64,000 bases of DNA from an uncultured Phycisphaerales bacterium. Lineage in GTDB: Bacteria; Planctomycetota; Phycisphaerae; Tepidisphaerales; Tepidisphaeraceae. Location: NCBI GenBank assembly GCA_963755915.1, contig CAVWLP010000002.1:3872001-3936000 (forward strand). The letters are read 5' to 3'. Below are positions 11,211 through 22,833 of this stretch, piece after piece. Each line of letters begins with the position of its first letter. Position 1 is the first letter of the stretch. Both the position numbers and the translations under genes were made by a program. Below the pieces are notes generated by a model that was not told the origin of the DNA, searched no databases, and worked only from the letters and a program-made list of their open reading frames with translations.

Positions 11211-12430
11211 TCAGGCTGAAAATCGCTGCTGGTCCACATCGCTTTGCGGATCATTCCAGCTCGCCGACATCGCATAATGCTTCCCGCTTCGGCTGTGCAG
11301 CAGCCAGGTCATACTCACCACGCCAGGCTCCGATCCGCCCTTGTATCCCACATAGGGAAATCCATCCGCGGAGAAATCGAGCCCCGGATTTACCGCCAGA
11401 ATCCCCAGCACCGTGGAATCGCGATGATCGTCGAACCATTTCATAATCCTGCAAAGATCCGCCGCGCTGGCGAACCATTCCACCGTATCGATGGCATTGG
11501 GCACATCGGTGGCAAACTGTTCGACCGAAGGCGCCGGTCGCGTCGCCGCTTCTTCCAGCACCTTCCGGCGCCCCGCGACATCGCCCGAAAGATATTTCCG
11601 CTGCAAATCCCGATCCGCCTTCAACTGGACAAGCTCCCTCGTGCTGAGAAATGGAATGTTTCGCGAAGGATCCTTCATCCCCACGCGCCCCAGCATTTGC
11701 TCCACCCGCTCGCGGCCCACCAGCGCCAGCACATGGTCCGCCGCCGTATTGTCGCTCTGGGAAATCATCTCCGTCGCCAGCGTTTCAACGGTAACGGGCG
11801 ATCCCGCCGGCCAGTTTCTCATCTCTCCCGATGGCAGAGATTTAAATCGATCTTCGATCCGCACCACCCGATCCCACGGAATCTTTTCATCAGCCAGCGT
11901 CGCCAGCACATAAAGCTTGAACGCTGACCCGATCGCCAGAACCTTGTCCGGATCTTTCGACGCCAATATCTTCCCGTCGTCCAGCCGCTCGACGAGAAAA
12001 TTCGCACCGCCCGGCAATTGCCCGATGGCGGCCGCAACGTCGTCCAGCGACCGCATCCGCGCCGTCGCCGGCGAGAAGAACAAACGAACGACTCGGTCGC
12101 CCGGCGGTTGCTCGATGCCCAGCGAAACCGGAATCACCACGTCCTTGAAAACGAAATTGAAATTTCCGTTCCGATATCCGCGCGTTCGCATCGCGACCGA
12201 AGCACCGGCCCGTATTGCGCCCGCATCGAAGTATAAAGCAGCGCCAACCGCGCTTGCGGCACATCGCTTAAGAACGCAGGAGTGTAAATGTCGCCGGAAA
12301 GTTTGGATGGGTCCGAGATTTGATCTGCGATTCTCTGTGTCGCGGTGGTCAGATCATCCGCGCGAGCCGAGGCGCACATAATCATCACCAGAATTGCAGC
12401 GATTCGTGAAAGCCTGGCGGCTAATTCCAC
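11211..12430 (-). CDS. Class A beta-lactamase-like serine hydrolase (frameshifted; C-terminus may extend past 11211)
   Basis: AIGSAFK (SxxK), SDN, KGG motifs; signal peptide in upstream frame. Confidence 0.8.
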
Positions 12431-14999
12431 GCGATCAGCCCCGGCTCAAACGGCGTCGCCAGATCCGGATTCCCCGGGACCACGCGCACCGCAAACCCTT
12501 GCCGCCCGCTGGTCCGGCATTCGAGCTGCCCGCTGAAAACGTGCCGCGGTCCGCCCACCAGCTTCGAGTGGTTCATTCGCAGCACCGTCGGCGCGCCGAT
12601 CTGCCCCGTCGCCGTGATCGGACCGGCATAAAGCTCGACCGCGATCTCCTTGGGATCGATGTCCGGCAGATCGATCAGCGCCTCGACCTCCATATTTTCA
12701 CCGACGTGATAATGCCCATTGCCGCTGACATGCACCCCAACGATCTTCACGCCGCCCCAGCGCGAACGAAGGATGTCCTTCGCCTTCGCCAGCGAGATCG
12801 AGCGCTCCAGGTTGTTCGCCGCCAGCTTTCGCCCGCGCACATCGCTCGGCACGTAATACCGATCCGCATACTCGCGCACCATCCGGTTCGTATTGAAAAC
12901 CGGCGCCAGCTTCCGCATGCAATTCTTCATCCGGGCGATCCATTCCCGCGGAATATTGTCCACGTTCCGCTTGTAGAACAGTGGGATAATCTGCTTCTCC
13001 AGGATGTCGTAAAGCGCCTGGCTCTCGAGCTGGTCCTGCACGTTTCCGTCCGTGTAGGTTTCACCCCGCCCTATCGCCCAGCCCAGGTCCGGCGCATATC
13101 CCTCAACCCACCACCCGTCGAGGATGGAGCAGTTGAGCACTCCATTGGCCGCCGCCTTCATGCCGCTGGTTCCGCTGGCTTCCATTCCGCGCTTTGGCGT
13201 GTTGAGCCACACGTCCACGCCCTGGACCATCATGCGGGCGATGTTGATGTCGTAATTCTCCAGGAAAAGGATCCGCCGGCGAACCGCCGGATTGCGGGCA
13301 AAATTCACCAGCGCCTTGATCAGCTCCTTCCCCTCATGGTCCGCCGGATGCGCCTTGCCCGCGAAGACGAACTGGATCGGGCGCTTGGCCTCCTCGATCA
13401 TCCGCTGCAATCGCCCCGGATCGCGCAGCAGTAGCGCCCGCGCTTGTAGCTGGCAAACCGCCGCGCAAACCCGATCGTCAGCGCCTCCGGATCCAGAATC
13501 TCATCGGCGGTCGCGATATCGTCAAACGACGCCCCGCGCCGCACCAACTGGTCCTTCAGCATCATCCGCGACCAGCTCACCAGCTTCTCCCGGCAGCGCT
13601 CGTGGCAACGCCACAATTCCTCGTCCGGAATCTGCGTTACGCCTTCCCAAACCGATTGATCTGTCGGATCCGACTGCCATTTACTGCTCAGATAGCGGTC
13701 CAGAACGTAAATGATCTCCGGCGCCAGCCACGAACGCACGTGAATCCCATTGGTCACGCTCTGGATCGGCACCTCATCCGGCGGCACCTGCGGCCAGAGG
13801 TTGTGCCACATCTTCCGGCTTACATCCCCGTGCAGCGCGCTCACCCCGTTCACACTGTCCGCCAGCCGGATCGCCAGCACCGCCATCGAGAATCCCTGCT
13901 TCTTATTGGTCACGTCCTCGCGCCCCAGCGCCAGGAATCCCTCTTCATCCAGCTTCAGCGAGGGATAATAGTTCTTGAAATACTTCGTCATCAGGTCCGG
14001 CGCAAACGTATCGATTCCCGCCGGCACCGGTGTATGCGTGGTGAACACGTTCGTCGCCATCACGAACTGCCTGGCCTGATCGAACGTCATCGGGCTGCGG
14101 TCGAGCAGAACGCGCGTCCGCTCCAGCGCCAGAAACGCGCTGTGCCCCTCGTTCATGTGAAACACGGTCGGCTTGATGTTCAGCGCTTCCAGCGCCCGCA
14201 CGCCGCCGATCCCCAGGACGATTTCCTGCTTGATTCGCATCTCCACGCCGCCGCCATACAGCCGGCTGGTGATGTCCCGATCGGCCGGAGCATTCTCCGG
14301 CAGGTTGGTGTCCAGCAGATAGAGCGGGATGCGCCCCACGTTCGCCTTCCAAACCTTCACGAAGACCGCGTTCTCCGGGAGATCGACTCGCACTTGGATC
14401 GGCGACCCGTCGTCATACTTCATCGCCTCGATTGCCAGGTTGTAGAAATCCAGCTCCGGGTAAGACTCTTGCTGCCAACCATCCGCCGAGAGGTACTGCT
14501 GGAAATAACCGTTACGATATAGCAGCCCCATCGCCACCAGCGGCAAACCAATTTCGCTGGCGCTTTTCAGATGATCGCCCGCCAAAACCCCCAAGCCGCC
14601 CGAATACATCGGCAGCGATTCGTGCAGCCCGAACTCCGCCGAAAAATAGGCCACCAGGAAGGGGTTGGCCTGTTTCGTCTGTTCGGAATAGGTCTTGCCG
14701 AACCACCCCAGTTCCTTCAGGTGAGCCTTGAACGAGCCATACACCCGGTCGAGCTGGGCGAGATATCCATCGTCATTGGCGATCGCCGCCAGGCGTTTCT
14801 GGTCGATGATTCCAAGCAATTTTACCGGATTATGGTTCACATCTGCCCAGAGGTTGCGGTCGAGCCGCCGAAACAGCTCCACCGCGTCCGGATGCCAAAC
14901 CCACCAAAGGTTTTGTGCTAATTCCAGAAGCGGCTGAAGCGCCGGGGGAACGTTGGGAAGCACCTGAAATGTCTTTAAGTTCGGAGTGGCAAAGTCCAT
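12421..14999 (-). CDS. glgP: Alpha-glucan phosphorylase (frameshift near 13420)
   Basis: YFSAEFG..YSGGLGVLAGDHLKSAS, NEGH, GFARRFASYKR, EASGTSGMK PLP-lysine motif. Confidence 0.95.
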
Positions 15000-15130
15000 A
15001 TCTACCTTCCAATAAACTAGAGAGCGGCGGTATATCTTCGGCTATTTCGGACCTTCGGTAAAGTCGCTACAGACGGTTAGTTCGGCAAATTCTCCCGTAA
15101 TTAACACGGCCTTTAGATATTCGGACGCGT

Positions 15131-15622
15131 CTATTTCACAGCGACCTCGAACCGCTTCACATAAAACTGCGAGTCGGCAGCCCGCTGGCCGATAAGGTGC
15201 AAACTCATCGGGTATTTCACCGGACTCTTCCGGAAAAAATCCCAGATCCTTTCCGAATGCTTCATCTGCCGCTCGAGGTTTTCCTCGACCTGGTCCTTTA
15301 ACTCCGGCGGGATCATTCGCTGCCGGTCGTAATCCCATTGCGCATCCACCCGCACCAGCAAATGAGCCTCTTCCCAGTCAATCGGATATCCATGAATGTA
15401 CCCCTCCCCCGTTCGCGGCGTGTAGAACCAGAAACACAAAAACCGGTCCTTCCAAACCGTCGAAGTCGCATCATCAACCCCCGTGATCAGTGCCGCGTGA
15501 GAGGTCCGGATCGCCTGCCCATTCAGCGGCTTGGCGACCCATACTTTCTTCTGGCTACAGTCGTACAACCCCACGAGCGGATATTTCCCGCTGAAGTGAT
15601 CGGTGCAGAGCTTGGAACTCAC
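15131..15622 (-). CDS. Hypothetical protein
   Basis: 163-aa ORF with protein-like composition, co-oriented with neighbours. Confidence 0.6.
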   Translation of the reverse strand: MSSKLCTDHFSGKYPLVGLYDCSQKKVWVAKPLNGQAIRTSHAALITGVDDATSTVWKDRFLCFWFYTPRTGEGYIHGYPIDWEEAHLLVRVDAQWDYDRQRMIPPELKDQVEENLERQMKHSERIWDFFRKSPVKYPMSLHLIGQRAADSQFYVKRFEVAVK

Positions 15623-15757
15623 GCGCCACCGTGATCCGCAGTATCGCGCTTACCGTACCCCAACATCCGTCATACCTTCATTGGCCTGCGGTTGGTTCAG
15701 ATGAAGGATATGCGCCCCCCTCAAAAACGCAACCAAGGCAACCGGCGCGGTGAGCCC

Positions 15758-15886
15758 TTATTGCCCCAGCAACTTGGCGATGATGTAAATCACTACCGCT
15801 CCCCCCAATCCTCCGCCGCATAGTAGGTATATCAATGAAAACCCAATCGCCCCCATCGGCATGATAACAGTCGCCAGCTCCGTCAT
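15758..15886 (-). CDS. Small membrane protein (42 aa)
   Basis: MTELATVIMPMGAIGFSLIYLLCGGGLGGAVVIYIIAKLLGQ with GAGGT RBS. Confidence 0.6.
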   Translation of the reverse strand: MTELATVIMPMGAIGFSLIYLLCGGGLGGAVVIYIIAKLLGQ

Positions 15887-15985
15887 TTGAACCTCGCTTT
15901 CATAGCGAGGTGTACAACAACGCCCATGCCGCCCCCGTTTTCGCGTGTAGTGGGCCAGCTTGCTCGACGCGCACGTCAAATTGTC

Positions 15986-17890
15986 CTACGGCACCACGAA
16001 AATAACCGGCGAAGCCAGGATCATCGGCCGGCTCTGAAGCAGCGAAAGCTCGGTCAGTTCCGTGCTCAGCGCCCGCTGCACCGGCTTGCCCATAAGGCTC
16101 AGCAGTCCCTGCGCCTCCGGCGAAAGCTGCAAAGGCAGCGGCATGCGCGAGGACGAGTCGTCATCGTCATCAGAGCCGTTGTTGTTCAGCAGATCGGCCA
16201 GAGTCTTGGGAGCCGGGAAAACCCGCACGTCATATTCGCCTATCGCCAGGTTCTCCTGCTTGGCCGCATAGGCGATTGCGTCCTGGATTCCGCCAATTTC
16301 GTCCACCATCCCCAGTTCCTTCGCTCGATCCGCGACGAAAATCCGCCCCCGCGCCACGGCGTCGATATCCTTGATCTTCCCCTTGCGCGTCGTCATCACC
16401 CGCTGGGTAAACTGGTCATACGTCTCGCGCATCCAGTGGGTTACCTGCTCGCGCTGCTGGTCGGTCCATTCGATCTCGGAGCTGAAAAGGTCGGCGTTTT
16501 TGCCCCGCGTAAACGCCTCTGCATTCAGGCCGAGCTTCCCGAAAAGGTCGCTGTAAACAAATTTGCCGCCGACGACGCCGATCGACCCGACGATCGCGGT
16601 CGGGTCGGCGAAAATGTAGTCCCCGCTGCACGCCAGATAATATCCCCCGCTGGCTGCCATTGAGCCGACGGAAATAAACACCGGCTTGGTCTTGGCGACC
16701 CGCCGCACCGACTGCCACATTGCTTCGCTGGCCAGCGCGCTGCCGCCGGGCGAGTCGATGCGGATCACCACGGCCTTGATCTTCGAATCCTTCTCCGCTG
16801 CCCGCAGCGCCTCGCGAATCGTATCCGACCCGACGTTCTCAGATTGCTGCAGCAGCCCCGAAGTGCTTGGCCCATCGACGATCACGCCCTCGGCATAGAT
16901 CAATCCAATCCCCGGCTTGGTCGATTCCACCGGCTTGCGCGTGAGCAGCGAGAAAAACGCAAACGGGCTGGATAGATCTACGTCGTCGTGCTTCTCGCTG
17001 CCGTAATCGAGCGCGAGGTCAAACTTTTTCCCGAGGCTGTCCGCCATCAAGTCGCGCATCCCGCCGATATCGACCAGATGGTCCACCATCCCCGCGGCCT
17101 TAGCCTCGTCCCCGGTTATCAGCGAATCATCCACCAGCGCCCGCACCTTATCGGGGTCAAGCCCGCGGCTCTTGCTGATCGTCGCGACAATCTGCGTGTA
17201 AAGCGCATCCGCCAGCTTATTGAGCTGCCCTTTCAGTTCGTCGCTGGCCTCGGTGCGCGTGTATTCCTCATCTGCCCCTTTGTATTCCCCGATCTGCACG
17301 AAATCGGCCTTCACCCCGAGCTTGTCCAGCAGCCCCTTGGCGAACATCGTCTCAAACCCGACGCCGGGGATCATGATGTCGCCCCCTTCGAGCATGCAGA
17401 TGTCGGTGGCGCTGCTGGCCGCGATGTACGAATCGGTATCGAACGAATCTGAATAAACAAACGTTCGCTTGTTTTCCTTTTTCAGAAGTGAAAGCTCATC
17501 GCGCACTTCCATCGCCTGCGAAAGGTTCAGCGCACCCTCCTGGAGACGGATCAGGACGGCGCTCACATCGCTGTCCTTGCGCGCCTTTTCCATCCGGTCG
17601 ATCAGCGAGCGCAGCGTCAACCCCCCCTGGTCCTGCGCGAACAGGCTGAAGTCGGCCGGTTTTTCCACCACCCCTTCCGAAAGATCGAAAAACGCGATCT
17701 TCGGCAGCGACTGGCTCTGAGTGTCATTCCCCTCCGCCGCCTTGATCCTGGCCATCAGTTCGGCCGGCGTGGGAAACTTGTCGTCCGGCTGCGTTGCCGG
17801 TGTTGAATCCGGCATGGTGGACGGCGTCTGGGCCGCCCCCGCGCAAACGCACAGTGTCACCGATACGAGCAACCCCAACCAGCGATTCAT
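15986..17890 (-). CDS. sppA: Signal peptide peptidase SppA (protease IV, two S49 domains)
   Basis: GEYKGA, RIDSPGGSALASE, AASGGYY, GSIGV. Confidence 0.92.
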   Translation of the reverse strand: MNRWLGLLVSVTLCVCAGAAQTPSTMPDSTPATQPDDKFPTPAELMARIKAAEGNDTQSQSLPKIAFFDLSEGVVEKPADFSLFAQDQGGLTLRSLIDRMEKARKDSDVSAVLIRLQEGALNLSQAMEVRDELSLLKKENKRTFVYSDSFDTDSYIAASSATDICMLEGGDIMIPGVGFETMFAKGLLDKLGVKADFVQIGEYKGADEEYTRTEASDELKGQLNKLADALYTQIVATISKSRGLDPDKVRALVDDSLITGDEAKAAGMVDHLVDIGGMRDLMADSLGKKFDLALDYGSEKHDDVDLSSPFAFFSLLTRKPVESTKPGIGLIYAEGVIVDGPSTSGLLQQSENVGSDTIREALRAAEKDSKIKAVVIRIDSPGGSALASEAMWQSVRRVAKTKPVFISVGSMAASGGYYLACSGDYIFADPTAIVGSIGVVGGKFVYSDLFGKLGLNAEAFTRGKNADLFSSEIEWTDQQREQVTHWMRETYDQFTQRVMTTRKGKIKDIDAVARGRIFVADRAKELGMVDEIGGIQDAIAYAAKQENLAIGEYDVRVFPAPKTLADLLNNNGSDDDDDSSSRMPLPLQLSPEAQGLLSLMGKPVQRALSTELTELSLLQSRPMILASPVIFVVP

Positions 17891-18017
17891 AGATGACTCC
17901 TTGATGCGAGCTACGGTCGGGAAATTATACCATTGGGAAGTAGAAAATTCTTGTATGGGAACTGGCAATTGGCTTTCTCCATTCGCGTTCGGGCCACCAG
18001 GCGCGCATAATCCCCTC

Positions 18018-18416
18018 GTGCTTGAATGGCTTAAGAATTTTCTTCAGCCCGCTCCCCAGCGCGACGCCCTGGGCCAGCGCGGTGAAAACGTCGCCGCCCG
18101 GTTTCTTCGCAACCAGGGGTACAAAATCATCGAGCGCAATTTCCGCTGCGAGGTCGGCGAAGTCGACATCATCGCCCGCGACGGCAAAACCCTCGTCTTC
18201 ATCGAGGTCAAAACCCGCGCTTATGACGATCCTACCCCCGAAGACCAGATCAACCAGGACAAGCGGCACCAGTTAACCAAAGCCGCGAAGTATTATCTCT
18301 CTCGTTACGGCTCGCCCCAGCCGCCGGCGAGGTTTGATGTCGTCGCCATCGTTTGGCCCACGGGCCGGGACCCGCAAATCCGGCACACGCCGGATGCCTT
18401 CGAAGCGACCTTCTGA
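18018..18416 (+). CDS. YraN family (UPF0102) nuclease-like protein
   Basis: GQRGENVAARFL..GY.IIERNFR..GEVDII..LVFIEVKTR, RFDVVAI. Confidence 0.92.
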   Translation: MLEWLKNFLQPAPQRDALGQRGENVAARFLRNQGYKIIERNFRCEVGEVDIIARDGKTLVFIEVKTRAYDDPTPEDQINQDKRHQLTKAAKYYLSRYGSPQPPARFDVVAIVWPTGRDPQIRHTPDAFEATF

Positions 18417-18423
18417 TTTCGAA

Positions 18424-19191
18424 ATGATCGACACCCATTGTCATCTGACCGACCCGCGCCTGCTGGATCAGATTGCCGCCGTTCTCGGTCGCGCGCAATC
18501 CGCGGGGATTCTGGAAATGGTCACCATCGGGACCGATCCCCCCGACTGGGATGCCGCTATTGCCCTGACGAAAAAATATCCCAACGTCCGCTGCGCCGTC
18601 GGCGTTCATCCCAACAATTGCCACGAGGTCCCATTCGAGCGGATCGCCGATCTTCGCAGCTATGCCCATGATGCTCGCGTCGTCGCCATCGGCGAGATCG
18701 GCATCGACCACCACCACAAAGACGCCTCTCCCGAACTTCAGACTAAATATTTTGAAGCCCAGCTCCACGTTGCCCAGGAATTGGATTTCCCCGTCGTGAT
18801 CCACTCCCGCGAATCCGTCGACGACTGCCTGGCCGTCCTGAAGAATTTCCCCAAGGTCCGCGCCGTCTTCCATTGTTTCACCGGCACCGCGGCCGAAGCC
18901 GCCCGAATCTGGGACGCCGGGCATCTCACCGGCTTAACCGGCGTGGTCACCTTCCGAAATGGCCGCTCACTCCTGGAAATCGCCGCGCAAGCGCCGGCCG
19001 ATCGGATCCTGGTTGAAACGGACGCCCCTTACCTGACCCCCGAGCCCATGCGCAAGCAAAAGATCAACGAACCCGCGATGGTCATTCACACTGCAACCGC
19101 CATCGCCCAAGCGCGGCGAACGTCACTCGAGGAATTCGACGCCCTCACCACAAAAAACGCTCACAACTTTTATCGCTGGCAATCCCCGTAA
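18424..19191 (+). CDS. tatD: TatD family deoxyribonuclease
   Basis: MIDTHCHL, GVHP, AIGEIGID, HSRES, HCFTG, ETDAPYL. Confidence 0.93.
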   Translation: MIDTHCHLTDPRLLDQIAAVLGRAQSAGILEMVTIGTDPPDWDAAIALTKKYPNVRCAVGVHPNNCHEVPFERIADLRSYAHDARVVAIGEIGIDHHHKDASPELQTKYFEAQLHVAQELDFPVVIHSRESVDDCLAVLKNFPKVRAVFHCFTGTAAEAARIWDAGHLTGLTGVVTFRNGRSLLEIAAQAPADRILVETDAPYLTPEPMRKQKINEPAMVIHTATAIAQARRTSLEEFDALTTKNAHNFYRWQSP

Positions 19192-19211
19192 ATCCGGTTC
19201 CGCACTCCCGC

Positions 19212-19670
19212 TCATCCCTCGAAGCTGATCTTCGCCTCCATCCGACTATCCGGGCTGGGAAAATCGAGCTTCGTTGCCGCCTCGGCAGCTTTCTTCTTTC
19301 CAAGCTGGTCCATTAGCAGCGCCCACGTCCGCCGCTGATATTTCAAGACGTTGGTCGCCTCGTCCAGCGACTGCATCTTGTGGTGTAGATTTGCATCCAC
19401 CAACCGGCGATAGGCAAAGGCGTACAGCCCCTTTAGTTTCGCGCACAATTCAGGCATCACGTCGGGCCGCAGGCTGCAAATAAGCTGATTCACAATCGCC
19501 TGCGCGCTGGAGAGCGCCTGGTGGCTTTGCTCAAAATTCTTTTTCTCCAGTGCCACCTTCCCCTGCTCGCAGAAACGCAGGGCGCCGTCGAAGAGCATCA
19601 TCTGCAACTGTTCAGGCGTCGCCGTCCGAACCTTGGTTTCCAGATATTTCTGCGCCGCCTGCTGGTTCAT
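19212..19670 (-). CDS. fliS: Flagellar export chaperone FliS
   Basis: TATPEQLQMMLFDGA, downstream of fliD. Confidence 0.9.
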   Translation of the reverse strand: MNQQAAQKYLETKVRTATPEQLQMMLFDGALRFCEQGKVALEKKNFEQSHQALSSAQAIVNQLICSLRPDVMPELCAKLKGLYAFAYRRLVDANLHHKMQSLDEATNVLKYQRRTWALLMDQLGKKKAAEAATKLDFPSPDSRMEAKISFEG

Positions 19671-19693
19671 ATCTTGATTTTGAGCGTCGGCTA

Positions 19694-22453
19694 TTAGCTG
19701 GATGAGCTGCTCGAACTGGATCCCTCGGTGCTCGTATCCGCCGTGGTTGTCTTCACGCCGCTCAGTGAGCTGAGAAGGCTTCCCTGACTTTGAAGAGTGG
19801 CCAGGGTTTCTTCCATCTGGTTAAACTCGGCTTCAAGCTGCTGCTTTTTCTCGGCCAGGATCGCATTGAGCTGGTTGATCTGGTCGTTGTATCCCGAAAT
19901 CTGCGTGTTCAGCGTATTCACCTGAAGCGTAATCGCGCCGTTAACGGGATCGACCAGCGAATCCATCGCGTTGGAGATCACTGCCCCGAGGCCGACGCTC
20001 GTCGTGCTGAATAGGTTTTGCACGGCGTTCGGATCAGTCGCAAACGCCTGCGCAAACGTGTTGGAATCAAAATTCAACTGCGTCCCATTCGAGGTATCCC
20101 CCGATGCGTTCACGGTGATGCCGATGTCAGCCAGATCCTTGAATTGCCCAACCCCCTGCACGACCGAATTGATCATCGTGTAAATCGAATTCTGCACCTG
20201 ATCGGTCGTCGCATCCCCGAGCAGGATGCCGCCGGTGTTGTTCGCCGCGTTGTAAGCCGTATCCGCGGTAATCGTCCCCACCAGCGAATTGAAATCCTGT
20301 ACGAAATTCTGAAGCTGCGCCGAGACGTTGCTTGGATCGGGCGTGATGCCCAGACTCACCGGCGACGTGCTTGCACTCAGCAGGCTGATCGTCACTCCGT
20401 TGATCACGTTCGAAAGCTGGTTCGAGTTCGATGTAATCAGCAGCGGCTGCGCGCCGTCCGATCCGCCATAATACACGGCGGCGTTCTGGGCGTTGACCAG
20501 ATTGCGAACCCCAAGGCTGGTCGTCCCGCTGTCGATAACCACCTGCCCCGCCGATCCCGAATTCACAGCCGTGAGCGAGAGCCGATACGGATCGGTGCTC
20601 GACCCATCGTTCACGATGCTCGCGATGACCCCGAACCCAAGCTGGTTGATCTTGTTCTGAAGCGTCGTCAGTGTGTCGGTGCTGGTGACCGTAATCGTCT
20701 TCTGCAGCGCCCCGTCGAGCGTTGTGCCCGTGGCCGTTCCCGCGATATTAAGATCTGCCGCCGTCGTTCCGCCGTTTAAGTCGCTGACGGCCAATGTTCC
20801 CGCTCCCCCGGCCGTATCCGTCAGCAGAATTCCGTTTCCGGTCTTGTCAATCGAGGCCGTCACCCCGATGTTCTTCGCGTTGATCGCGTTGATGACGTCC
20901 CCGATGGTGTTAAACGATCCCTGCGAGAGGTCGACCACGGCCGTCTGGCCCTTCGAATTCTGAATCTGAAACTGACCCAGCGCCACTCCTGCTCCACCGT
21001 TGAACTGCGTCAAAGGCGTATTCAGCGAAACGTACTGCGCCTGCAAATTCTTCCCCACCGCCACGGGCGAAGCCGCGCCAAACGTCCCCGCGATTCCCAG
21101 CGCCGCCGCCGTCGTCGAATTCACGTCCGAGATCACCAGGCTTCCCGAACCTCCGCTGTTGTCGGTGATCTGAATCCCCGTTCCGGCCTGGTTCATCGAC
21201 GCCGTAACGTCAATCCCCGCGTTGTTGATATCGGTAAGAATATCGCTGACGGAAGTTGCTCCCGCCAGGTTCACGTCTGCGTGTCCACCGTTGCCATTGG
21301 TGATCGAAATCGTCCCCAGCGGCAGGCCCGATCCGCCGTTCAGCGAGCTGATAAGCACCGAATCCAATCCCGCGATCAGCGGCGCTCCCTGGATCGTATT
21401 GCCGGTGACTCCATTCGGCAGCCCCAGGTCCTTCGCCGCCTCTGACCCGTTGTCCGCCACGATCGACATCGTCCCGCCGCCGCCGCTGGTGTCGGTAAGC
21501 GTGATCCCGTTTCCGGCCGTGTTAATCGCCGCGTGAAGCTTCGATCCCCCGGCCGTATTGATGTCGTTGATCACGTCCCCGATCGTGCTGGCCCCGTTGA
21601 GCTGCACATTGATCTGCGACCCATCGCTGGTGGTTACCGTGAAATCGTTCTGTCCCGCCGTCGTGGTCGCCACTCCATTGCCGTCGTTGAGCTGCCCCAG
21701 CGGCGTCGCATCGGTAATGAAATTGATGTTCGTCCCCGTCAAAACCCCGTTGGTCGCGGTTCCCGCAATCCCCAGCGCCTGCGCCGTCGTCCCGCCACTG
21801 AGATCGGTGATTGACATCGTCCCGGTCCCGCCGCTGGTGTCGGTGATCACCAGCCCGCTGTCCGTCACCTGTGCGTGTACGCTCACTCCCACGGCGTTGT
21901 TGATCTGGTTGACGACATCATCCAGTGTCACATCTCCCGAGGTATTGATTACCGAAGTATTCCCGCTCGCATCGGTGATTCGGAACTGCCCCTGCGGCAC
22001 CCCCGCGCCTCCGTTAAGCTGCGAAAGCTGCGTCTGCGACGACGCCAGGCCGCCTCCCTCCTCCAGCGTGATCGTCCCCGCTCCCACCGGGGCCGTAGTC
22101 GTATTCGCAAACCCGTTGCTGATGCTCTGCTGCGTGGTGACGAGCTGCGCCACCTGAAGCTGATAATTTCCCACCGCTGCGCCGGGCGCGGCTGTTGCCG
22201 TCAAGACGTTCGGATCGCTGCTGGTCGTCACGGCATTCTGAAAGGTCTGCGGCAGCGACAGATTCTGCCCGATCTGCTGCATTGCGGTCAGTTGCGTCTC
22301 GATCGAGTTATACGCCGCCTCCTGCTGCTGCGCGGAATTGATCTGCGTCTGAAGCAGCGTGACCGGGGCGGCATCGATCGAGATCAGCCCGTCGATGATC
22401 GCGCCGGTATTGATCCCGCTGATCAGACCGATATTTGACGTGATTTGCGCCAT
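19694..22453 (-). CDS. fliD: Flagellar filament cap protein FliD with long repeated internal insert
   Basis: GLISGINTGAII N-terminus, SNQLSNVINGVTISL, C-terminal coiled coil EFNQMEETLATLQSQ; repeated LNGGAGV/TLDDVVNQIN modules. Confidence 0.9.
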   Translation of the reverse strand: MAQITSNIGLISGINTGAIIDGLISIDAAPVTLLQTQINSAQQQEAAYNSIETQLTAMQQIGQNLSLPQTFQNAVTTSSDPNVLTATAAPGAAVGNYQLQVAQLVTTQQSISNGFANTTTAPVGAGTITLEEGGGLASSQTQLSQLNGGAGVPQGQFRITDASGNTSVINTSGDVTLDDVVNQINNAVGVSVHAQVTDSGLVITDTSGGTGTMSITDLSGGTTAQALGIAGTATNGVLTGTNINFITDATPLGQLNDGNGVATTTAGQNDFTVTTSDGSQINVQLNGASTIGDVINDINTAGGSKLHAAINTAGNGITLTDTSGGGGTMSIVADNGSEAAKDLGLPNGVTGNTIQGAPLIAGLDSVLISSLNGGSGLPLGTISITNGNGGHADVNLAGATSVSDILTDINNAGIDVTASMNQAGTGIQITDNSGGSGSLVISDVNSTTAAALGIAGTFGAASPVAVGKNLQAQYVSLNTPLTQFNGGAGVALGQFQIQNSKGQTAVVDLSQGSFNTIGDVINAINAKNIGVTASIDKTGNGILLTDTAGGAGTLAVSDLNGGTTAADLNIAGTATGTTLDGALQKTITVTSTDTLTTLQNKINQLGFGVIASIVNDGSSTDPYRLSLTAVNSGSAGQVVIDSGTTSLGVRNLVNAQNAAVYYGGSDGAQPLLITSNSNQLSNVINGVTISLLSASTSPVSLGITPDPSNVSAQLQNFVQDFNSLVGTITADTAYNAANNTGGILLGDATTDQVQNSIYTMINSVVQGVGQFKDLADIGITVNASGDTSNGTQLNFDSNTFAQAFATDPNAVQNLFSTTSVGLGAVISNAMDSLVDPVNGAITLQVNTLNTQISGYNDQINQLNAILAEKKQQLEAEFNQMEETLATLQSQGSLLSSLSGVKTTTADTSTEGSSSSSSSS

Positions 22454-22676
22454 GAATTCCTAATCGTCCAGAACGCTTCCGCGATAGAGCATCGACCAAT
22501 CGCGGTTGGCAAAATCGTTGAGCGCCTCATCGATGCGCACCTCCATCTCCTCCGCGAGCAGATGGCCGATAGCCCATCGATCCAGAAACAGTAAACAGGC
22601 GCGTCGTACTTCGCGCAACCGGCTCGCCGTCTCCACCCACGACCTTTGCTGCCTCTGTGAGCAACCCATGACCTAT

Positions 22677-22684
22677 TTATCGGA
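22677..22684 (-). promoter_or_regulatory. Sigma28 (FliA)-like -10 box upstream of fliD-fliS
   Basis: TCCGATAA on minus strand (consensus GCCGATAA). Confidence 0.45.
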
Positions 22685-22721
22685 ACTTGGGCGACGAGAA
22701 CATGAACCGGAGAGATTGCTC

Positions 22722-22803
22722 ATTTCCTATTGCCTATTTCCTATTGAAGTTCGCGTACCCACCTTGTTTTTCAATAGGCAATTGGAAATAGGCAATTGGA
22801 AAT
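22722..22803. repeat. Palindrome of heptamer repeats
   Basis: atttcctattgcctatttcctattgaa ... ttcaataggcaattggaaataggcaattggaaat. Confidence 0.65.
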
Positions 22804-22833
22804 GTACTACGCCCGCCATTACCCTACCCGCCC

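Noticed and set aside
11211-12430. Acquired antibiotic-resistance gene
   Set aside because: Chromosomal serine hydrolase with no mobile context; activity cannot be inferred.
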